Positions 48,157-59,539 of a stretch of 64,000 bases of DNA are shown piece by piece. The stretch covers positions 149,234,001-149,298,000 of the forward strand of contig NC_082710.1 of NCBI RefSeq assembly GCF_030144855.1. The letters are read 5' to 3'. This DNA comes from Hypanus sabinus. Taxonomy: Eukaryota. Every line of letters begins with the position of its first letter. Positions within the stretch are counted from its first letter, which is position 1. Below the pieces are notes generated by a model. That model had not been told where the DNA came from and did no database searches. It was given only the letters and a program-made list of their open reading frames with translations. A program made the translations under genes and the position numbers.

Positions 48157-48998
48157 GTAGCACTGGAGGGAGTTGGACTATTCCCCTGGGGAAGGGGGCT
48201 TGGGCAGGGTATGTCCTCCTGGCATTCCTCAGCAAACCCCATCCCAGCACCCTTGTGTTTCTACACCCAAGGGTGCCCACATCCAACACTGTCTGTCTTC
48301 ACCCCACCATTCCCCACCTCTTTTCCTTCTCTCGTTATAACGGTTTCCACTTCTTGACCGTCCTTAATGTGTCAACCTCTATCACCACCAGCAGTGTTCC
48401 ACACAACCCTGTGATGTCACCATCCCCCCGCCTCTGTACTTCAATCATCTTACAAGCATGTTCTTTGGTATTTGGCATTGCTTCTCTGGTTTTAAAAAAA
48501 AAGTTGGTTGTCCACTTTATCTATATCTCTTATCATCTTATAGACTAAAGATCACTTTGTACTCTACTTGCCCCCAGTGCAAAAGTCACCGAGTCAGACT
48601 GGATGGAATTAGTCCCTTTGGCCTGACATGCCATTGCTGGGTACTTGCTTGCATACTCTGATCCCACTTCCTTGCCCTCTCTATCTTGGTGTTTCAAGTA
48701 CCTGTCTAGATCTATCTTCAATGTTGTGAGAGTCTGTTCTCACCGCCCCATCAGTGTGTTCGATTCCAGCCACCCTCTGGGGTTGTGGGGTGGGGGGAGG
48801 TTGGTGGTGTGTGAAACATTCTTTCTTCCAGTCACTCCCACCGTTCTTGCTTCTCAGTTCCAGATTCTGATCTTGGACTCCTCTGCTCTGGGAAATCAAT
48901 TTCTCCTACTTGCTCTACCTAAGCCTCTCATTACCGTGTGCATCTTATCTGATGGACCTGACCAGGGTCTCTGTGTTTTTCAGCAGCGTGTTTCTCAG

Positions 48999-49028
48999 CA
49001 GGGAACAAAGGCTACAATCCCACCAAAA
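48999..49028 (+). CDS. MHC class I cassette B cytoplasmic exon (AGNKGYNPTK; may start at 48984)
   Basis: Paralog of 44139-44168; A|GTAAGT. Confidence 0.85.
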
Positions 49029-49096
49029 GTAAGTTCGCTGTGAATCACAGCTGGATGGTTGTATTACATTGTTCATATTCACTGTGTCTGATGGGT

Positions 49097-49099
49097 TCT

Positions 49100-49133
<34 letters not shown>
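49097..49133. repeat. (TG)n microsatellite in intron 6 of B (shorter paralog near 44244-44260)
   Basis: Direct reading. Confidence 0.9.
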
Positions 49134-49134
<1 letters not shown>

Positions 49135-49286
49135 ACGCTTTTCTGTATGTCTCTGTCAGGGTGTGAGATTACCCGTATATACCTGTGTTTGTGCGGTGGT
49201 GTATTGTGTGATGTGGCTGTCTTTGTTTCTCTGAGTCTGCACTGTATTGGTAATAAATGTTTTCCTGCCTGTCCTTCCATTCACAG

Positions 49287-49333
49287 CTTCTGACAAAGGA
49301 GAATCCTCCTCCAACTCCTCTGCCCTGGCCTGA
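49287..49333 (+). CDS. MHC class I cassette B last coding exon (TSDKGESSSNSSALA-stop)
   Basis: cacag|CT; Ser-rich tail typical of class I; TGA 49331-33. Confidence 0.85.
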
Positions 49334-50539
49334 GGTAGGAACCGTGTTGGACACCGGTCAATACTGGGCTTCCCAGCTCTTGTCACTGGAGCTGGAGCTG
49401 GTCATTACAGCACAGTCTGGGCACTGAGAAACCCCGGTCCGGAACCGGAACTGTGGGAGGGGGTGTAACCAGTCCCCACAGCACCTCACCCTGGGAATGG
49501 CCTCCTGCTCCGTTCCATTCCAGGGATCCAGTGCCCAGTTTTCATGGTTTGTCACTGGAATTGCTGCTTTTCCAGGGTTGCTCAGTGTTTTGTGGTGGGG
49601 GAGGGGGGTAGGGAGAGTTTGGGGTACGGGGGTGTTGTGGGTGATTTATGGTGGTGAGGGGAGATGGGTTTTGTGGGATGTGTTATGGTTGTGATGTGGT
49701 GGGGAATGGGTTTAATGTTATAGATTATGTTGTAGTGCCTGTTGGAAAAAAAAATCCTTGCCCAGGCTTGTGCCCTGGAAACTTTCCAAGGCGCAAATTC
49801 ACGGTGTATCGAGACTAACACAGAGGCCTACATACCTACCTACTGCTTGTAGGGAATTGGAATCACTGGACATTATTCCCAGTGGTGGGTTTCAGTTGGT
49901 TTCATTGTCAGTGTTGGGGAGGTTTACTGCTGATGCCTCACTCCTTAGCCATTTTTCCTCACCCCTCTCCTCCTGTTCTGCCGGAAATTCAGTTCCCCGC
50001 AGGATATTGATGAAGAAATCTATGGGAACAGAGTGTAATTCTGGGAATTCACTTATCCCTGCATGCATAAGTGCTACACCTGTCCCTACACCTCCTCTCT
50101 TACCACCATTCAGGGACACTTCAAATGTAATGCGGGACCACTCTAGAATTCAAATAGTCAGTTGAAGTTTGACCCAAATAAACTAGAAAGAAAGCTGAGC
50201 TAAGAAACCCGTGTGTGCATAACAGGAAGACTTTGCAGTGGAGATGTTCCACCTACAGTCTGGGTACCTTCATGTAGAGGGAAGGGAAACTAATGCCAGA
50301 GTTCTCTAATGCCAAAGGAGAAAGTCCATGCACCCCAGATCCCTCCATTCATTCACTACATCCTTTCAAGTTCATATCATACCTTTTGAAATGTAACATG
50401 ACACTTTTCACAGGATTAAACTTCATCCACCTCCTCTCCATCCATTCCACCACTCTCTTATCAACTTCTTCACAAATCAGACCCTCCAGTTCTGTACAGA
50501 CTGCAGATTAGACCCCAGTGACTGTGGACCACCAGCTGT

Positions 50540-51650
50540 AGGGAGTGAGACAGCAGTCAGGAAGTGAGGATGGTGAATGAAGATCAGAGAAGGGCAGAGA
50601 GGATCATTACTGTTAGGTTTGGTCCAGCTCCTTATCTGTACCCCCATGCTTGTACCCATGGGGTTTGTCCCACAGGTATAGTACAACAGCCTATTCCCGC
50701 AGTGTCTGTGCCCCCTATGTCTCTGCCCACAGGACACCATCAGGGTCCTTATCTCAGGGTATGTGCCCTCATGTTCAGTACCTCCCTCTATCAGTGCTAC
50801 ATCAGCTTCCATATCCAGCGTATCATCCTTCATCATTTTCATCATCCGTGGTGGAAAACCACCTCATCACAGCTTCTCCTCATACTTCACTTTTGGCTTA
50901 CTGTAGGGACCACTCCCTTCGTGACTCACTGGTCCACTCATCCCACCCCTCTACATGCACCATTGGTGTCCCCATACCCTCTCTACCGCCACCATCTAGG
51001 GACCTGAACACCCCTTCCAGGTATTAATTTGCACCACTTCCAAATTCCTCCAGTTTTCAGTACTCCAGCCTGATTTGTATCAGCGAGATCAAGTGGCAGC
51101 CATTTAGCAGTCTTGTGTCCTGTCCACACCACTGACCTGACCTTTCACCTTATACAACCCATTGTTCTGCACATTCTACTTTCAGATATTGGGTAATCAG
51201 TATCCTCTGTGTTCCTTCCAATTTGCTATGTTCTCTCTAGCTTACTCCCCACCCCTTTATCCAGTTTGCTTCCCTCTCCAACGCTCACTCTGATCCCACC
51301 TGCCCATTCGATAATAAATAGGTTTAAATACACTGATTTATCTGGGGTTTTCCTCCCTTGGCCAAACCCCTCCTACTACCACACCCTCACCAACTGTCTC
51401 CTCTGCTATCTGGAGCCATCCACCTATCACCCCTCTCCTTCTGGTTCTACCTATTACTAACAGAGTCTGTCTCTGAACTCCATCTGCTCTTTCCCTCTGC
51501 CCTCACCTGCTTCTACCCATCATCTACCACCCCCTGCCTCACCCACCTGTCTGGCCTGGCTCTTCTCCCCCATGACACTCTCAATCCCAAGATACTGACG
51601 ATCCATGGAATTCCACAGATAATTCTCGCCCTGCTGAATTTCTTTAGCAG
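50540..51650 (+). mobile_element. Old Penelope-derived sequence, paralog of 15565-16530
   Basis: Shared start cagcagtcaggaagtgaggatggtga and shared end ctctcaatc.caagatactgacgatcc. Confidence 0.65.
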
Positions 51651-51666
51651 GTTATATTTCTTCTTC

Positions 51667-53131
51667 ACAAAGTACACTGCAGATGCGGTGGTCAAATCAA
51701 GACGTACAAAAAAGCTGGATGAACTCAGCAGGTCGGGCAGCATCCGTTGAAAGAAGCAGTCAATGTTTCGGGTCGAGACCCTTCATCAGGATTAAAGGAG
51801 GAGGGGGCAGGGGCCCTGTAAAGAAGGTGGGGGGAGGGTGGAAAACCAGTCGGAGGAAAGATCAAGGGGTGGGGGAGGAGATAGGCAGGAGAGGTGAAGA
51901 AGGAATCTAAGGGGAAAGCACTATGGGTAGTCAAAGAAGGCAGAGTCATGAGAGGTGAAAGGCAGCTAGAAGAGGAGACAGAGTGAAGGTGGGATGGGGG
52001 AAGGGAGAGAGAGGGAATTACCGGAAGTTGGAGAATTCGATGTTCATACCAAGGGGCTGGAGACTACCCAGACGGTATATGAGGTGTTGCTCCTCCAACC
52101 TGAGTTTGGCCTCATCATGGCAGTAGAGGAGGCCATGTATGGACATATCCGAATGGGAATGTGAAGCAGAGTTGAAGTGGGTGGCAACCGGGAGATCCTG
52201 TCTGTTGTGGCGGACGGAGTGGAGGTGCTCGACGAAGCAGTCCCCCAATCTGCGTTGGGTCTTGCCGATGTAGAGGAGGCCGCACCGGGAGCACCGGATA
52301 CAATAGATGACTCCAGCAGACTTGCAGGTGAAGTATTGCCTCACCTGGAAGGACTGTCTGGGGCCCGGAATGGTGGTAAGAAATGAGGTGTAGGGACAGG
52401 TGTGGCACTTACGCGTGCAGGGATAAGTGCCAGGAGGAAGATCTGTGGGGAGGGACGTGTGGACCAGGCAGTCGCAGAGGGAATGATCCCTGTGAAAAGC
52501 GGAGAGGAGTAGAGAGGGAAAGGTGTCCTTAGTGGTGGGGTCCTGTTGAATGTGGCGGAAGTTGTGGAGGATAATATGCTGGATCCGGAGGTTGGTGGGG
52601 TGATAGGTGAGGACAAGGGGGACACGGTCCCTGTTGTGTTGACGGGAGGATGGGATGAGGGCTGAAGTGCAGGAAATGGAGGAAATGCGGGTGAGGGCAT
52701 CATTGATGACGGCAGAAGTGAAACCATGATTCTTAAAGAAAGAGAACATTTGGGATATCCTGGAACAGAAAGCCTCATCCTTGAAGCAGATACGGCGGAG
52801 ATGGAGGAACTGGGAATAGGGAATAGAATTTTTGCATTGGGCAGGGTGGGAAGAGGTATAGTCAAGATAGTTATGGGAGTCAGTGGGTTTGTAGAAGATG
52901 TCAGTGGATAGTCTGTCTTTGGAGATGGAGACCAAGAGATCGAGAAAGGGGAGAGAAGTGTCCGAGATGGACCAAGTGAATTTGAGGGCTGGGTGAAAGT
53001 TAGAGGCAAAGTCGATGAAATTGAGGAGCTCAGCATGGGTGCAGGAAGCAGCACCAATGTAGTCGTCAATGTAGCGAAGGAAAAGTTGGGGAGCAGTACC
53101 AGTATAGATTTGGAGCATAGACTGTTCCACA
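51667..53131 (-). mobile_element. Young Penelope-like element: RT C-terminus, GIY-YIG and 3' terminus
   Basis: Open 370-aa frame 52018-53130: FLRYIDDYIG, FLDL, KPTDSHNYLDYTSSHP, VIYCIRCSRCGLLYIGKT..SNFR. Confidence 0.95.
51757..51794 (-). ncRNA. Hammerhead ribozyme motif (PLE), helix I weakened
   Basis: Reverse strand taatc-CTGATGA-A-GGGT-CTCG-ACCC-GAAA-CATT-gactg. Confidence 0.5.
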
Positions 53132-53304
53132 CTGGACTTCTTGTCAGAGCGGGCAGCGGAGTCCGTGGAAGCAGAGTCCTGGGCTTTGGCTAAGTGGGCT
53201 TCGGCGTAAGGGGACTTTGGTAAGCCCGTGTGATTGCTCGCTGAGGGGAAGAAGGTAAGGTCGCTAGGTGCTTTTTAGACTTATTCTATCAATCCAGTTC
53301 AGGT

Positions 53305-54180
53305 ATGGGGGAGACAGTCAGAGCAGTGGTGTGCTCCGTATGCAGTATGTGGGAAGTCAGGGTCAACACAGTTGTCCCTGATGACCACACCTGCAAGAGG
53401 TGCATCCAGCTGCAGCTCCTATCAGCCCGAGTTAGGGAGTTGGAGCGGGAGCTGGATGAACTACGGATCATTCGGGAGGCAGAGGCAGAGATAGATAGGA
53501 GTTATCAGGAGATAGTCACACCAAAAAACCAAGATTTAGGCAGATGGGTGACGGTCCAGAGAGGCAGGGGGAGCAGGCAGAGAGAGCAGAGCACCCCTGC
53601 GGCCATTCCCATTAACAATAAGTATACCGTACTGGATACTGTTGATGGGGATGATGTACCAGGAATGAGTTGCAGTGGTCCTGCCTCTGGCACAGAGGTT
53701 GAACCCTCAACTAGAAAGGGGAGGAGGGAAGAGAAGAGAGCGATAGTTTTAGGGGATTCTATAGTTAGGGGGGCAGATAGGAGATTTTGTGGGGCAGATC
53801 GGGAGTCTCGGATGGTATGTTGTCTCCCTGGTGCCAGGGTCCGGGACATCTCAGATCGGGTGCAGGCTATTCTTGAGAACAAGGGCATGAACCCAGATGT
53901 AGTGGTCCATGTAGGGACAAACGATGTAGGTAAGGTGAGTGAGGGGGTCCTGCTTAGAGAGTTCAGGGAGTTAGGAGTGAAGCTGAAAGGCAGGACCTCC
54001 AGGGTGACAATCTCGGGATTGCTACCTGTGCCACGTGCGAGCGAGGCGAAGAATAGAATGATTATGCACATTAATACGAGGCTGAGAGCATGGTGCAGGA
54101 AGGAAGGGTTCAGGTTTTTGGATAATTGGTCTTTGTTCCAGGGACATTGGGATCTGGGACAAGGGACGGTCTACATCTGA
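53305..54180 (+). CDS. CR1 ORF1 (CxxC..CxxC zinc finger, coiled coil, SGNH esterase-like domain)
   Basis: VVCSVCSM..TCKRCIQL; LGDSIVRG; VVHVGTND; open 291 aa. Confidence 0.9.
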   Translation: MGETVRAVVCSVCSMWEVRVNTVVPDDHTCKRCIQLQLLSARVRELERELDELRIIREAEAEIDRSYQEIVTPKNQDLGRWVTVQRGRGSRQREQSTPAAIPINNKYTVLDTVDGDDVPGMSCSGPASGTEVEPSTRKGRREEKRAIVLGDSIVRGADRRFCGADRESRMVCCLPGARVRDISDRVQAILENKGMNPDVVVHVGTNDVGKVSEGVLLREFRELGVKLKGRTSRVTISGLLPVPRASEAKNRMIMHINTRLRAWCRKEGFRFLDNWSLFQGHWDLGQGTVYI

Positions 54181-54247
54181 ACCGGAGGGGTACTAACATT
54201 CTTGCAGGAGTGTTTGCCAGTGCTGCTCAGGGGGGTTTAAACTAGAT

Positions 54248-57236
54248 GTGCAGGGGGCAGGGATCCAGATCCAGAGGGTTGGTCAGAAGGAGCATGGGGT
54301 TAAATGTGTAGAAGGTTTGGGTGATCTTGAGAAGGTCATCAAAGTTCAGGGTGCAATTAGCCCGATGGAAGTTCAAGGAGCTGGGTTAGGTACAGTAGAC
54401 AGTGTTTTAAGCAAAGAGAGGAGGAATGGGCTAAGAATTCCATACTTGAATGCGCGTAGTGTCAGAAATAAGACAGATGAGCTTGAAGCTCAGATGAAAA
54501 TGGGGAACTACGATATTGTTGGGATAACGGAGACATGGCTGCAAGGGGATCAGGCCTGGGAATTGAGTGTACCAGGGTATACGTGCTATCGTAGAGACAG
54601 AAATATGGGAAGAGGGGGTGGGGTGGCCCTGTTGGTGAGGAATGAGATTCAGTCCTTAGCAAGAGGTGACTTAGGAACAGGGGAAGTAGAGTCTGTGTGG
54701 ATTGAGCTGAGGAACAGCAAGGGTAAAAAGACCCTAATGGGTGTTGTGTACAGGCCCCCAAACAGTAGCGTGGATATTGGGTACAAGTTGATTAGGGAGT
54801 TAACATTGGCATTTGCTAAAGGTAATACAGTCATTATGGGAGATTTCAACATGCAGGTGAACTGGGAGAATCAGGTAGGTGCTGGACCCCAGGATAGGGA
54901 GTTTGTGGAGTGTCTAAGGGATGTATTTTTGGAACAGCTTGTGCTTGAGCCAACCAGGAACGAGACTATTTTGGACTTGGTGATGTGTAATGAACAGGAA
55001 TTGATAAGTGATCTTGAAGTAAAGGAGCCATTAGGAAGTAGTGATCATAACATGATAAGTTTTTATCTACAATTTGAGAGGGATAAGGGCAGATCAGAGG
55101 TGTCAGTGTTGCAATTAAATAAAGGAGACTACGGAGCCATGAGGGAAGAGCTGGCCAAAGTTAAATGGGCGGATGCCCTGGCAGGAAAGACAGTGGATCA
55201 GCAGTGGCAGATATTCTTGGGCATAATACAAAAGATGCAAAAGCAGTTCATTCCAATGAGAAGGAAGGATTCAAAGAGGGGGAAGGGGCCATAGTGGATG
55301 ACAAAGGAAGTCAGAGATTGTATAGCATTAAAGAAAAAGAAGTATGACAGGGCTAAGATGAGTGGGAATACAGATGATTGGGAAAGTTTTAAGGAGCAGC
55401 AGATCTTAACTAAAAAAGCAATACGGAGAGAAAAAATCAGGTATGAGCTCAGTCTAGCCAGGAATATAAAAGGGGATAGCAAAAGCTTTTTTAGTTATGT
55501 GAAGAGAAAGAAGATAGTTAAGAACAATGTTGGCCCCTTGAAGAATGAATTGGGAGAAATTGTTATGGGAAACAGGGAAATGGCAACAGAATTTAATGCG
55601 TACTTTAGATCTGTCTTCACCAGGGAGGACACAAGCAATCTCCCAGATGTATGGATGGGCCAGGGTCATAAGATATCAGAGGAATTGAGACAGATTGACA
55701 TTAGGAAAGAAACTGTGATGAGTAGACTGGTAGGACTGAAGGCTAATAAATCCCCGGATCCAGATGGTCTGCATCCGAGGGTTCTAAAAGAGGTGGCTCA
55801 GGAAATTGCGGATGCATTGGTAATCATTTTCCAATGTTCCTTAGATTCAGGATCAGTTCCTGAAGGTTGGAGAGTAGCTAATGTTATCCCACTTTTCAAG
55901 AAGGGAGGGAAGGAGAAAACGGAGAACTATCGCCCTGTTAGCCTAATGTCAGTCGTGGGGAAGATGCTTGAGTCCATTATTAAGGACGAAATAGTGGCAC
56001 ATCTAGATGGCAGAAATAGGATTAGGCCGAGCCAGCATGGATTTACCAAGGGCAAATCATGCTTGACTAATCTGTTGGAGTTTTTTGAGGGTGTAACAAG
56101 GATGTTAGACGAGGGTAAGCCAGTGGATGTTGTATACCAAGATTTTCAGAAGGCATTCGATAAGGTGCCACATAGGAGATTGGTGAGTAAAATCAGAGCT
56201 CATGGCATTGGGGGCAGGGTTTCAACATGGATAGAAATGGTTGGCAGATAGAAAGCAAAGGGTAGCAGTGAATGGGTGTTTCTCGGACTGGCTGGAGGTG
56301 ACTAGTGGGGTACCACAGGGCTCTGTATTGGGACCACAGCTCTTTACGATTTATGTCAACGATTTAGATGAGGGCATTGAAAACTATATCAGCAAGTTTT
56401 CTGACGATACTAAACTGGGTGGCAGTGTGACATGCGAAGAGGACGTTAGGAGAATACAGGGAGACTTGGATAGGTTGGGTGAGTGGGCAGATACTTGGCA
56501 GATGTCATTCAATGTGAATAAGTGTGAGGTTATCCACTTTGGGAGTAAGAACAGGAAGGCAGATTATTATCTGAACAGTATAGAGTTGGGTAAGGGAGTA
56601 ATACAAAGAGATCTCGGAGTCCTTGTTCTTCAGTCACTGAAGGTGAATTAGCAAGTGCAGCAGGCTGTGAAGAAGGCTAATGGAATGTTGGCCTTTATTA
56701 CAAAGGGAATTGAGTACAACAGCAAGGAAATCCTCTTGCATTTGTACAGGGCCCTGGTGAGACCACACCTGGAATATTGTGTACAGTTTTGGTCTCCAGG
56801 TTTAAGGAAGGACATTCTGGCAGTTGAGGAAGTGCAGCGTAGATTCACTAGGTTGATTCCTGGGATAGCAGGGCTGTCTTACGCAGAGAGATTGGAGAGA
56901 TTGGGCTTGTACACGCTGGAATTGAGGAGATTGAGAGGGGATCTGATTGAAACGTTTAAGATAATTAAAGGATTTGATAGGATTGAGGCAGGAAATATGT
57001 TCCAGATGTTGGGAGAGTCCAGTACCAGAGGGCATGGATTGAGAATAAGAGGTCAGTTATTTAAAACAGAGTTGAGGAAGAGCTTCTTCTCCCAGAGAGT
57101 TGTGCAGGTGTGGAATGCACTACCTCGGAAGATGGTGGAGGCCAATTCTCTGGATGCTTTCAAGAAGGAGCTAGATAGCTATCTGATGGATAGGGGAATC
57201 AAGGGATATGGGGACAAGGCAGGGACTGGGTATTGA
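54248..57236 (+). pseudogene. CR1 ORF2 (APE + RT) with two stops and one frameshift
   Basis: YLNARS, GITETWL, GDFN, SDH; TAG 55292-94; frameshift near 56245; TAG 56649-51. Confidence 0.92.
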
Positions 57237-57323
57237 TAGTGAATGATCAGCCATGATCTCAGAATGGCGGTGCAGACTCGAGGGGCCGAATGGTCTACTT
57301 CTGCACCTATTGTCTATTGTCTA

Positions 57324-57885
57324 TAACCCACGTAGAGGCAGGTATAGCTGGGACCCATGCGAGTGCCCATAGCTACACCCTTGGTCTGAAGAAAGTGGGA
57401 AGAGCCGAAAGAGAAGTTATTAAGTTTGAACACCAGTTCCACCAACTTGAGTAGTGTGGTGGTGTTGGGGAACTGGTGAGGTCTATTGTCCAGAAAGTAG
57501 CAGAGGGCTTTGAGGCCTTCTTGATGGGGAATTGAAGTGTATAAGGATTGGACATCCACGGTGAAAATGAAGCAGTCGGGACCGGGCAACTGGAAGTTAT
57601 TGAAGAAGTGGAGGGCATGGGATGTATCCCGGATGTAGGTGGGGAGGGATTGAACTATGGGCGACAAAATGGAGTTGAGGTAGGCAGATACAAGTTCGGT
57701 GGGACAGGAGCAGGCCGAAACTATAGGCCTACCAGGACAATCAGGCTTATGGATCTTGGGGAGGAGGTAAAAGTGAGCAGTGCAGGGTGTGGGAATTAAG
57801 AGTTTTTTGGCTGAGGATGGAAGGTCTCCGGAGTTGATAAGGGTGGTGACGGTACGGGAGACAATGGTTTGATGTTTTTTGGTTG
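57324..57885 (-). mobile_element. Penelope RT, part upstream of the CR1 insertion
   Basis: LLPKIHKP..GRPIVSAC; FTVDVQSLYTSIP; GVAMGTRMGPSY. Confidence 0.92.
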
Positions 57886-57889
57886 GGTC

Positions 57890-58640
57890 CTTCCGCCACC
57901 TTCAACAGGATCCCACCAGTAAGGACATCTTTCCCTCTCTACCCCCTCTGCTTTTCGCAGGGATCATTCCCTCCGCGACTGCCCGGTCCACGCGTCCCTA
58001 CCCACAGATCTCCCACCTGGTTCTTATCCCTGCAAGTGTAAGTGCTACACCTGTCCCTACACCTCCTCTCTTACCACCATTCAGGGCCCCAAACTGTACT
58101 TCCAGGTGAGGCAATACTTCACTCGTGAGTCTGTTGGGATAATCTATTGCATCCGGTGCGGCCCCCTCTACATTGGCCAGACCCAACGCAGATTGGGGGA
58201 CCGCTTCATCAAGCACCTACACTCCATCCGCCACAACAGACAGGATCTCCCGGTTGCCACCAACTTCAACTCTCCTTCATATTCCCATTCGGATATGTCC
58301 ATAGATGGCCTCCTCTACTGCCCTTCCCCATCCCACTTTCACTCTGCCTCCTCTTCCAGCTGCCTATTACCTCTCTCATGATTCTGCCTTCTTCTACTAC
58401 CCATAGTGCCTTATATGGAAATGTAAGAGTACCCTTAGATTCCTTCTTCACCTCTCCTGCCTATTCCCTCCCCCACCCCTTGATCTTTCCTCCGACTGGT
58501 TTTCCACCCTCCCCCCACCTTCTTTACAGGGCCCCTGCCCCCTCCTCCTTCAGTCCTGACGAAGGGTCTCGACCCGAAACGTTGACTGCTTCTTTCAACG
58601 GATGCTGCCCGACCTGCTGAGTTCATCCAGCTTCATATAC
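57890..58640 (+). mobile_element. Inverted Penelope 3' segment (inverted pLTR-like arm)
   Basis: Reverse complement of about 51710-52563, with an internal deletion. Confidence 0.88.
58551..58588 (+). ncRNA. Minimal type I hammerhead ribozyme, intact core
   Basis: CAGTC/GACTG helix I; CTGACGA 58556-62; extra A; GGGT-CTCG-ACCC helix II; GAAA; palindromic AACGTT; predicted cleavage after 58583 (GUU). Confidence 0.78.
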
Positions 58641-58699
58641 GTTATCTTTCTCCTCCTGTGTCATTTCCCTCGAGTCTGACCCCCCGGGTCTGTTCCCGG

Positions 58700-58945
58700 G
58701 ATCTGTGACGTCAGAACCCTGACTGCCTCCCCTCCCGTTCCCATACTTTCGATTTAAGATGCCAATCTCCGCTCACCCCACCCTTCCCGGCAAACGATGA
58801 CGCATACACAGCTCTTTTTCTGATTGGACGGATGCTGATATTTGTAATTTTATTTTTAAGCGGCTCAAACTTCAGCGACAACTTCTGCCCAGAGACCAAT
58901 GACGTTAATCAGAGATTGGGTTACGCAATTGCGCGGACCAATCAG
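58700..58945 (+). promoter_or_regulatory. MHC class I gene C promoter (CRE, ISRE-like, X1-X2-Y, second X box, CCAAT boxes)
   Basis: TGACGTCA 58706-13; ACTTTCGATTT 58745-55; CCCGGCAAACGATG 58786-99 + TGACGCA; CTGATTGG 58820-27 (20-nt spacer); CCCAGAGACCAATGACGTTA 58888-907; ATTGG 58915-19; CCAATCAG 58938-45. Confidence 0.82.
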
Positions 58946-59065
58946 CGTGCAGTTTGGGTTGCGTCTGCCGGCGTTTGGGGAGTGGTGAGCTGAGTGTAAT
59001 CGCCACTGTACCGGGCAGTGGCGGAGGACATGGAAACCCGAAACAGCACCGAGAGGGAGTGAGAA

Positions 59066-59117
59066 ATGAAGCTATGTCTACTACTGCTGGCCCTCCTATT
59101 TGGAGGGGTCTCCGCAG
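59066..59117 (+). CDS. MHC class I gene C exon 1 (signal peptide MKLCLLLLALLFGGVSA); rest of the gene presumably beyond the window
   Basis: Paralog of 17044-17095 with G|GTGAGT donor and homologous flanks. Confidence 0.88.
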
Positions 59118-59539
59118 GTGAGTGAAGAGTCAATGGTCAGCGGGACATTCAGTGAGTGAGAGGGTGGACACAGGGTCACCGTCCCCAGTCAAGGTGTGAG
59201 GGTGCCACGCCACCCAGCCTGAGGTCAGTGGCGATCGGTTTGGGGGTGTTGTGTGGTGGGAGCCTCTACACACGGGAGGCGAGGGGAGGGGAGGGGCGGG
59301 GCGGACGGATGGGTTAACTTCGACACCTTCACTGACCTGGGCAGGAAGTGGATAGTGGGACAGCAGATGACTGGTTAACACTGGGGTTTAGAGGATATCC
59401 TTCCCTCCCCCCGGTCTTGTACGGTAGTTGGCACTCAGCTTAATGGTGCATTACCGCCACCTTCTGCTCCGGAGTGTGCGATAGACTCACATTCTAAATC
59501 CCTTCAATCAATATATCTCTCCCTCTCCCTCCCTCCCCT

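Larger units (their letters stand above)
53132..57323 (+). mobile_element. Full-length CR1 LINE (4.19 kb) nested in the Penelope element
   Basis: 5' UTR, ORF1 and ORF2, 3' UTR and (CTATTGT)n tail; removing it restores the PLE frame VGY|VEQ. Confidence 0.96.

Noticed and set aside
37410-49333. Identity as CD1, MR1, class II or W-category genes, or a firm UAA gene symbol
   Set aside because: GSHSL start, retained anchor residues and the exon layout indicate class I heavy chains; lineage naming needs a phylogeny I cannot run.
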